Virus record (IMG/VR): IMGVR_UViG_3300030433_002199
Location: 1-24,615 of that record
Source: a virus
Taxonomy: Duplodnaviria > Caudoviricetes
DNA length: 24,615 nucleotides
Direction: 5' to 3' (one strand)
The first letter of the stretch is position 1; each line of letters starts with the position of its first letter. The notes beneath the pieces were generated by a model, which was not told the origin of the DNA, did no database searches, and saw only the letters and a program-made list of their open reading frames with translations. This document shows positions 8,171 through 13,961 of the stretch, one piece after another. The position numbers and the translations under genes are program-made.

Positions 8171-8623
8171 ATGCGAGACATTTACGCCAGCGGGACTGTT
8201 TCCTTCTGCCACCTTACAAAGCATGAAATCTACGAGGGGGTAAGCACGAACAAGTACAGCATTACGCTGATGCTTGATGAAAAAAGCGCCAAAGCCCTCT
8301 CGGATGCGGGCGTGAAGGTTGGCGAATACAAAGGCCAGCCTAAGCGCAAATTTACGACGACCTTCGACGTAGTTATTTTCAATCCGGATTTGAGCGAGTG
8401 GGAGAAAGACAAGGAAGGCAAATATGTGCGCGAAATCCCACGCGGTTCTGAAGTGAACATTTTGGCGAAGGTTGCGGAAGAGCCTTACAAAAGCTACGGG
8501 TGCTCCGCATACGTCGATAAGGTTCATGTTCTAAAAGAGTCTGACGCGCCAATGCCAAGTGGCTTTACGGCTGTCGAGCAACCTGACCTCGCAATCGAAG
8601 AAGAGGAAGACATCCCGTTTTGA
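8171..8623 (+). CDS. ssb: Single-stranded DNA-binding protein (T7 gp2.5/DUF2815-like)
   Basis: KYSITLML, EIPRGSEV and acidic C-terminal tail EEEEDIPF. Confidence 0.85.
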   Translation: MRDIYASGTVSFCHLTKHEIYEGVSTNKYSITLMLDEKSAKALSDAGVKVGEYKGQPKRKFTTTFDVVIFNPDLSEWEKDKEGKYVREIPRGSEVNILAKVAEEPYKSYGCSAYVDKVHVLKESDAPMPSGFTAVEQPDLAIEEEEDIPF

Positions 8624-8719
8624 GAACAGAGGCTGGGGCACTCCTTCGCGTGGCGTCGGCCCACGCTTTACTCATGATGTCCATAGGGATGTGGGTCAAA
8701 CCGTGGCCCCAGCCGTTCT
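8623..8719 (+). ncRNA. Putative structured RNA (three-way junction with GGGA loop)
   Basis: GGCTGGGGC 8631-8639 pairs with GCCCCAGCC 8706-8714; internal hairpins GCGTGG/CCACGC and TCCATA-GGGA-TGTGGG. Confidence 0.55.
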
Positions 8720-8738
8720 TTAGTTGAGCACGTTAATC

Positions 8739-9161
8739 ATGAGAGCCGACACCAATTTAAAAAGCCTGACGCTCGGAAGAGGGATTGGGCAGTCTGTTTA
8801 TATCGGCAGGCGTTTAGACCAAAAGCTTCCCGCCGAGACGTGCGACGTGCGCGTCATGATGAAAGGCGTGTATGAGACAGCCAAGCAGGGCTGTGTCGCA
8901 CTTCTGGAGATCACTGAAGGGAATCAGAGCGCCCTAGAAATTGCGCTGGCAGAAAATCATCAGAACCCTGTCATCGTTCAGGACGTAGAGATCTACTTCA
9001 CAGGAGTCAAGACTTGCATGGTAGAGGAACACGAATGTTCTAGATGTGGGGCGCAACAGAGCGAAGGCTCTGTGAAGAGAGTAAATGGACTTATCAGAAT
9101 TAGAGCGCCTTCGAGCGCGAAAATATCAAGAGGGAACAGAATCGGAGCGCAAATCCGATAA
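8739..9161 (+). CDS. CsrA/RsmA-like RNA-binding protein, apparently duplicated, with a Cys insert
   Basis: LTLGRGIGQSVYIG resembles the CsrA N-terminus (LILTRRVGETLMIG). DVEIYFTGVK...IRIRAPSSAKISR resembles the CsrA C-terminal half. Start ATG 8739 or TTG 8724. Confidence 0.65.
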   Translation: MRADTNLKSLTLGRGIGQSVYIGRRLDQKLPAETCDVRVMMKGVYETAKQGCVALLEITEGNQSALEIALAENHQNPVIVQDVEIYFTGVKTCMVEEHECSRCGAQQSEGSVKRVNGLIRIRAPSSAKISRGNRIGAQIR

Positions 9162-9483
9162 GAAAAAAGGTGCGGCTCTCAGGGTAAAGCTGAAGCACAT
9201 CGATGATCTTAATCGGCAGTTTCCGGAGACGCGGTGGGTGACATTACTCAGGATGCACTATCGGCCAGTCGCTCCAGTAAGGCTGAATCCGGAAACGACA
9301 GAGACAATGCGAACACGCAACGGGCACGGGGACGAGGTCTGGCAGGTTGGCAGTGAAATCATGACCAGAGACGAGGCTGTATATAGGGCCGAAAAGCTTA
9401 GGGTTGGAAAGGTGCCACCGAAATGGGGTACGCTAGACCGGCGATTCGGCGACAGCTTCCTCGATGAAGAATATGGGGACTAA
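9085..9483 (+). CDS. Hypothetical protein upstream of the integrase
   Basis: In operon; stops 2 nt before the integrase start. Confidence 0.7.
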   Translation: MDLSELERLRARKYQEGTESERKSDKKKGAALRVKLKHIDDLNRQFPETRWVTLLRMHYRPVAPVRLNPETTETMRTRNGHGDEVWQVGSEIMTRDEAVYRAEKLRVGKVPPKWGTLDRRFGDSFLDEEYGD

Positions 9484-9485
9484 CT

Positions 9486-10376
9486 ATGAAGACGTATCGC
9501 GAAGTGGCCGAGCGCTACTTGAAGCAACCGACAAAGCGACTCAACCGACCCAAGGGTCAAGAGTGCATTCGATATACTGGATACGCTGTTGACCGATTCG
9601 GTGACCGTGAACTGGGTAGCTTCAAGAACGCAGACGTCACGGTGTATGTCGAGGACATGCGGGAAAAGGGGTACTCGAACGGAACAATCAACACCTGCGT
9701 TCGGTATTTCCTAGCGGTCCTCAACTATGCGCAACGGGATCTGGAACTGATTCCATCTGTGCCTCACTTCGATAAGTTGCCCACTGACGTTGGTGGCAGG
9801 AGCATATCGAAGGACGAGATCTTGGCCTTGCTGGCTGAGCTTCCGAGGCTGAAGGCAGAGATGATGAGGTTCGCGCTGGAGACTGGTCTCCGAGGGGCTA
9901 ACGTGAAAGCCCTCCGGTGGGATCAGGTGAACATGGACGCACTCCAGTTAGAAATTCCTGCGGCGCTAACCAAGGCGGGGAAGATGTTGTGCCTGCCGTT
10001 GAGCAACAGTGCTGTATCGATACTGGAGACTCGGCGGAGAGATCAGGAGCATCTGGAGGATCCAGAGTTCGTGTTCACTACAAGGCACGGTAAGCCCTAC
10101 TCGCCGAAGACGAAGATGACCAATGGCTCTTGGAGGCGAGCGGTCAAACGAGCAGGATTGGAGCGTGTCACATTTCACGATATGCGGCACACATGGGCAA
10201 CGCGACACACTATCGCTGGTACAGCACCGGCAGTGCTCAAGGACTTGGGTGGCTGGGCTAACTTGGAGATGGTTGAGCGGTACACGCACATGAACACTTC
10301 GGCACTGCGACTAGCTGTAAACAATGCGTCGGATAATGTGGTCGAAGATATTGCTATCGCAGATTCTGCGGCCTAA
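9486..10376 (+). CDS. int: Tyrosine recombinase / phage integrase
   Basis: TGLR, TKAGK, FHDMRH, LGGW, ERY catalytic motifs; attP lies immediately downstream. Confidence 0.96.
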   Translation: MKTYREVAERYLKQPTKRLNRPKGQECIRYTGYAVDRFGDRELGSFKNADVTVYVEDMREKGYSNGTINTCVRYFLAVLNYAQRDLELIPSVPHFDKLPTDVGGRSISKDEILALLAELPRLKAEMMRFALETGLRGANVKALRWDQVNMDALQLEIPAALTKAGKMLCLPLSNSAVSILETRRRDQEHLEDPEFVFTTRHGKPYSPKTKMTNGSWRRAVKRAGLERVTFHDMRHTWATRHTIAGTAPAVLKDLGGWANLEMVERYTHMNTSALRLAVNNASDNVVEDIAIADSAA

Positions 10377-10446
10377 CATTCGCGCTAGAACTAGCGGTTA
10401 TATAGGACCGTATGATGTGCTCGCCATGGAGCACTGCATTCAAAAT

Positions 10447-10488
10447 GGCTACGTAGCTCAGTTGGTTAGAGCACAGCATTCATAATGC
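10447..10488 (+). tRNA. 5' half of elongator tRNA-Met(CAT): attP core, not a complete tRNA
   Basis: GGCTACGTAGCTCAGTTGGTTAGAGCACAGCATTCATAATGC covers the acceptor 5' strand, D arm and anticodon loop. No T arm (GTTC) or 3' acceptor strand follows. Confidence 0.9.
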
Positions 10489-10538
10489 AGTATCCCACAG
10501 TGACCACCTCATTCGCCCTTATAACTTAACTGTCTATA

Positions 10539-10608
10539 TCAAAATATAGGTTGGAAACGCTACTCGTTAGCTAGGATCCTGTCGCCGGATATCCAACTTA
10601 GATTTTGA
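10539..10608. repeat. 17-bp imperfect inverted repeat enclosing two small hairpins
   Basis: TCAAAATATAGGTTGGA (10539-10555) versus TCCAACTTAGATTTTGA (10592-10608), 15/17 complementary. Confidence 0.7.
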
Positions 10609-10635
10609 GATGACCACATCATAAGGGAGGGCTTC

Positions 10636-10950
10636 ATGCTGTTTGAAGAGATGCCTGATGACTTTGGTGAGTATGACTGCCCTTTATCTTTATCCGCACA
10701 GGCCGTCACGGGGCAAGATGGGAGAATGCTTTACGATGACATAGACCTCAGTCCGTCAATAGACCCTCCTGCATCGCAAGTAAAAGCCCCACCAAAGTTT
10801 TCTGCTCCAAGCCCAGAGAGACCGCCTTGGATGTGCGAACTGCCTCCGAGGCAACCGTTACGGGTGCGTAACACTGTCACTGGTCATGAGTTCGATTGGC
10901 ATCCGCTTTTAAGGCTCAGCGCAAATGACGATCTTGAGGTGATCGCTTAG
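10636..10950 (+). CDS. Hypothetical protein, 104 aa
   Basis: AGGGAGG RBS; acidic and Pro-rich. Confidence 0.7.
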   Translation: MLFEEMPDDFGEYDCPLSLSAQAVTGQDGRMLYDDIDLSPSIDPPASQVKAPPKFSAPSPERPPWMCELPPRQPLRVRNTVTGHEFDWHPLLRLSANDDLEVIA

Positions 10951-10980
10951 TCTGGGTAACAAAGGTGTGGTGGTCGGGGG

Positions 10981-11247
10981 CTACTCCTCGGGGTAGTCCT
11001 CTTCCTCTTCCTCCTCTACCACTCCGAACAACGCATCCAAGCAGGCCTTGATCTCCATGCCCTGAAGAGCGCCCAATGCGGCTATCACGTCAGGCAGATC
11101 CCAGTCGCCTCCGTACACCACCGCAGTCTCCATGTCCGCGACATCAGTGAAGGCGTAGAACTTGGTTGCCTCTCCCGATAAAAGCATGTCGCGCAACTTC
11201 TCTAGTTGCTCGATAGCTTGTGCATTTTTTATCGGGACCACATTCAC
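10981..11247 (-). CDS. Acidic hypothetical protein, 88 aa
   Basis: GTGA coupling to the upstream gene; poly-Glu C-terminus. Confidence 0.75.
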   Translation of the reverse strand: MNVVPIKNAQAIEQLEKLRDMLLSGEATKFYAFTDVADMETAVVYGGDWDLPDVIAALGALQGMEIKACLDALFGVVEEEEEEDYPEE

Positions 11248-11483
11248 CCTAGCTTTCTCGGAGTCTTCTCGACGTGGCAGGTATGACGTATCGCGAAGTC
11301 GCGCTTAGCCAGATCGATTACGACCAGCTTCTTCTCGACGTCACTCATCTGGTTCCACTCAGCAATCTCTTCCTGAGTTCGACCACACCCCTTGCAGGCG
11401 ACGTCACCAAAGATCGTTGCGGAGCACCACCCATTGCAGGGGCTGTCCGACAGCGATGTTACTTCCCCATTGAGATCCATCAT
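11244..11483 (-). CDS. DUF1289 family Cys-rich protein
   Basis: SPCNGWCS...CKGCGRTQEEIAEWNQMS..EK; AAGGAGG RBS. Confidence 0.85.
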   Translation of the reverse strand: MMDLNGEVTSLSDSPCNGWCSATIFGDVACKGCGRTQEEIAEWNQMSDVEKKLVVIDLAKRDFAIRHTCHVEKTPRKLG

Positions 11484-11606
11484 GACCTCCTTCTGAGAAC
11501 ACCATCACAGGTTCTATTATACCGCGAAATGGGAAAGTCAAAGGGGGTTTCGGTGCTTCACATTTTTCCGCCCCAAAATTATTTTGTGGCAATTTTCACG
11601 CCCATA

Positions 11607-11619
11607 AATCAATCACTTA
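11607..11619 (+). promoter_or_regulatory. IHF consensus site
   Basis: AATCAATCACTTA matches WATCAANNNNTTR exactly. Confidence 0.5.
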
Positions 11620-11659
11620 GCTGTGTCTAATGGTCGTAATTAGGAATTTTTTTGACCAT

Positions 11660-11732
11660 TTTATGCGGGCTACAGGCTCACCAAATCCCCGTTTTTGGGG
11701 TGCAAGGCCTAGTGTTTATGCGGGTTTCAGGC
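11660..11732. repeat. 18-bp imperfect direct repeat pair
   Basis: TTTATGCGGGCTACAGGC (11660-11677) and TTTATGCGGGTTTCAGGC (11715-11732), 16/18 identical. Confidence 0.7.
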
Positions 11733-11771
11733 CCGCAATCCAAGGAAAATGGGATTTGCCAAAAGTACGTT

Positions 11772-11780
11772 TGATATGAT
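11772..11780 (+). promoter_or_regulatory. Extended -10 promoter for the 11878-12859 operon
   Basis: TGATATGAT matches TGn-TATGAT. Confidence 0.45.
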
Positions 11781-11877
11781 GATCACATCACATGCGTTGT
11801 GACGTGTGAGATAGGGGCCGGTGGGAGCACCACCTCCACACCGGCAGATGGCATAGCACCAACAAGAGGAAGTAACC

Positions 11878-12108
11878 ATGCCAGCACGAAATGATACACC
11901 TAACCGCATCCGCAAGATACCCGTTCACCGCAAGGTGAAGTACCTCATGAACGAAGAGGAGTGGGCGCGGAAGATCCACGACCACTACTTTAAGCAGACT
12001 GATGAGGCAGGCACGACGGTCTACCTCACAGACCTGTGGGCCTTCAACGCGGTGATCGACAAGCTCGACATCACCCTTGGTGAGTTTCTGGGGAGGGACT
12101 GGAAATGA
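11878..12108 (+). CDS. Hypothetical protein, 76 aa
   Basis: AGAGGA RBS; ATGA coupling to the next gene. Confidence 0.8.
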   Translation: MPARNDTPNRIRKIPVHRKVKYLMNEEEWARKIHDHYFKQTDEAGTTVYLTDLWAFNAVIDKLDITLGEFLGRDWK

Positions 12109-12596
12109 AAGGAAAGCAACTATCGCACAGCGACAACGTGACCAAGGCCGAAGCCAAGATGGTTCGCAAGATGGTAGACACTTGCCTTCGTGAGTTGGCT
12201 AGAACGGAGCATGAGATCCCAGCCACCTACACGCAGATGAAGCGCATGTGTAGCGTCCACGTTAAGTATCGCGGGCAATCATCATACGGTAGCTCACGGG
12301 GAGTCAGCATCGACATCGGTATGCTCCGCACTGGGAAGTCGTTCATGTGGGAATACGCGCTGATCGCAAAGGATCCCGTCATCGGGGAGATGGAGTGTGG
12401 CGATGCAGAGACGCATCTCTTCGGGCTAGTCGCCCATGAGGTGGCGCACCACGTTCAGGATAGATGGGGGCCGCATACACGCTGGCTGAAGTCGAGGTAC
12501 CGCAAGCCCCATGGGGAAGGCTGGAGAGACCTCTATCGCATTCTCAGAAGCCGTCTGGTGAACCCTAGAGCTACGGCAATACAGGAGGCCGCGTGA
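12105..12596 (+). CDS. SprT-like zinc metallopeptidase
   Basis: VAHEVAHHVQ (HExxH) followed by PHGEGW. Confidence 0.75.
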   Translation: MKGKQLSHSDNVTKAEAKMVRKMVDTCLRELARTEHEIPATYTQMKRMCSVHVKYRGQSSYGSSRGVSIDIGMLRTGKSFMWEYALIAKDPVIGEMECGDAETHLFGLVAHEVAHHVQDRWGPHTRWLKSRYRKPHGEGWRDLYRILRSRLVNPRATAIQEAA

Positions 12597-12859
12597 TGAC
12601 TAAGACAGAGCAACGAAAACAAGTTAGGCAAATAGCCAAGCAGTTGAGGTGCGCCCACAAGACTGAGGTTGGAATCACCTATATTGAGGGCGGCGATGTT
12701 TGGCACTACCCGATTAGCGAGATGCCACTGATAACCGGAGATGAGCACTGCTTTTACATTTACGGTTACCGGCGCGAGGGCTTCGGAGATAGCGCCCAGT
12801 TTTGGATTGAGGACAGCATCGACCTCAAGCTTACCGAGCAAGGAATAGAGGCCGCGTAA
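12593..12859 (+). CDS. Hypothetical protein, 88 aa
   Basis: AGGAGG RBS; coupled start. Confidence 0.75.
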   Translation: MMTKTEQRKQVRQIAKQLRCAHKTEVGITYIEGGDVWHYPISEMPLITGDEHCFYIYGYRREGFGDSAQFWIEDSIDLKLTEQGIEAA

Positions 12860-12865
12860 GCGGCC
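12850..12865. terminator. GC hairpin at a convergent gene junction
   Basis: GGCCGC-GTAA-GCGGCC (GNRA loop). There is no clear U-tract, so function is uncertain. Confidence 0.35.
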
Positions 12866-12870
12866 CGTAC

Positions 12871-12963
12871 TCAATACTTCTTCGCGGCCTTCTTCTTGGG
12901 GGCCGCTTTCTTCTTGCCCTTCTTCATTCCGCGCTTTCCTTTACATGGCTTTCCGTCGTGCAT
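12871..12963 (-). CDS. Tiny Lys-rich protein, 30 aa (not in ORF track)
   Basis: MHDGKPCKGKRGMKKGKKKAAPKKKAAKKY*; GGAGG RBS; starts 1 nt after the previous stop. Confidence 0.75.
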   Translation of the reverse strand: MHDGKPCKGKRGMKKGKKKAAPKKKAAKKY

Positions 12964-12964
12964 C

Positions 12965-13063
12965 TCACTTCCTCCGTCTGGGTTTGGCTTTCATCTTTCC
13001 AAGACACTTGCCCGCCTTCTTGCACTTCATCTTGGTCTTGCATGTTGCGCATGGCTTGAACAT
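12965..13063 (-). CDS. Tiny Lys/Cys-rich protein, 32 aa (not in ORF track)
   Basis: MFKPCATCKTKMKCKKAGKCLGKMKAKPRRRK*; GAGGAG RBS; TAATG coupling. Confidence 0.75.
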   Translation of the reverse strand: MFKPCATCKTKMKCKKAGKCLGKMKAKPRRRK

Positions 13064-13326
13064 TACTTGCTCCTCTTCGCAGTCTTCCTGCGCTTCCCCG
13101 ACGCCGTAACGTCGTGCTTTACCTTGGCTGGCCCAGTCTTCTTTGACTTGGATCTAGCCTTCTCCGCCGCAGTCATTTTGGCCGCGACTTTTTTCGGTCG
13201 GCAGGATGGGTACGGTCGCTTCTTTTTTTCTTTGCCAGAGCGGCCACACTTCTTGCCCGTCTTCAGGTCAACCCAGTCTTCCTTAAACCACTTAGTCAGA
13301 CCGCCTGTTGGCTTCTTGCTAGGCAT
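13063..13326 (-). CDS. Basic protein, DUF5872-like (second half)
   Basis: GGLTKWFKEDWVD...CGRS...YPSCRP; ATG at 13326 overlaps the previous gene. Confidence 0.75.
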   Translation of the reverse strand: MPSKKPTGGLTKWFKEDWVDLKTGKKCGRSGKEKKKRPYPSCRPKKVAAKMTAAEKARSKSKKTGPAKVKHDVTASGKRRKTAKRSK

Positions 13327-13489
13327 AGGTTCCACCCCTGCGCTTGTACTCCTTGGTCAGCCATCCAGAGGCATAGGCTGACGGCCACACCTTAAACTTG
13401 CGCTTAGCCTCCGCCTTGACTCGGGCATACAGCGCCTTGTTTTTAGGCGTAGCTCCGCTTTTCTTTTTTGGCTTTGCTTTCTTGGCCAT
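13319..13489 (-). CDS. Basic protein, DUF5872-like (first half), 56 aa
   Basis: True start MAKKAK at 13489 (TAATG coupling, AAGGAG RBS); LYARVKAEAKRKFKVWPSAYASGWLTKEYKRRGG. Confidence 0.8.
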   Translation of the reverse strand: MAKKAKPKKKSGATPKNKALYARVKAEAKRKFKVWPSAYASGWLTKEYKRRGGTYA

Positions 13490-13959
13490 TACCTTGCTCC
13501 TTGAATTAGCGCGACGGTTGCCCAAATGATTCCTCCCGAAACAATCAGGCCGGTCAGAATGAATGCGATGTCGAGTCTGCGTTGCTTGGCTTTCCTTCGA
13601 CGGTAGATGATCCGCTCTCGCTTGGCCCTGATGTCTTTGCGCATCTGCATCATTTCGCGATAGGTCTCGACGCCATACGCCCAAGTGATCAGTTCTCGGA
13701 TCTGCTTTTCCTGCTCTTCAATTTTTTTCTTGGCGATGACAGCATTGAGCGCCTGCTCTTCTACGCTTGCCCCATCGAATACTTTCTTGAACAGCGGAGG
13801 ATTCTCTGCCTCCTCCTCTGCCTGCTTGATATCACTAACAATCGTGAACCACTGGCCAAGCTTCTGAGCGACATGTTCGATCTCAGACCCGCGAGCGACC
13901 ATGCCTTCCACCACCTTGAAGGCAGTGCTTGCCATAGCCACCATGCTGAGCGGGTCCAT
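13489..13959 (-). CDS. Coiled-coil protein with C-terminal transmembrane helix
   Basis: GAGG RBS; IAFILTGLIVSGGIIWATVALI hydrophobic segment. Confidence 0.85.
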   Translation of the reverse strand: MDPLSMVAMASTAFKVVEGMVARGSEIEHVAQKLGQWFTIVSDIKQAEEEAENPPLFKKVFDGASVEEQALNAVIAKKKIEEQEKQIRELITWAYGVETYREMMQMRKDIRAKRERIIYRRRKAKQRRLDIAFILTGLIVSGGIIWATVALIQGAR

Positions 13960-13961
13960 GG

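Noticed and set aside
10447-10523. Complete tRNA-Met gene
   Set aside because: No T-arm GTTC or 3' acceptor strand after 10488; it is a fragment.
10548-10600. Hammerhead ribozyme in the three-way junction
   Set aside because: The CUGANGA and GAAA core is not present in the right arrangement on either strand.
11516-11541. Canonical TTGACT/TATAAT promoter on the minus strand
   Set aside because: The spacer is only 14 nt. The -10 may be real, but this pairing is not a standard sigma70 promoter.
12896-13381. 161-aa Phe/Leu-rich plus-strand ORF resembling a membrane protein
   Set aside because: Antisense of Lys-rich genes (AAG/AAA codons read as CTT/TTT).
13490-13684. N-terminal extension of the 121-aa track ORF
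   Set aside because: Overlaps the membrane protein gene; TAATG coupling and RBS support the start at 13489.
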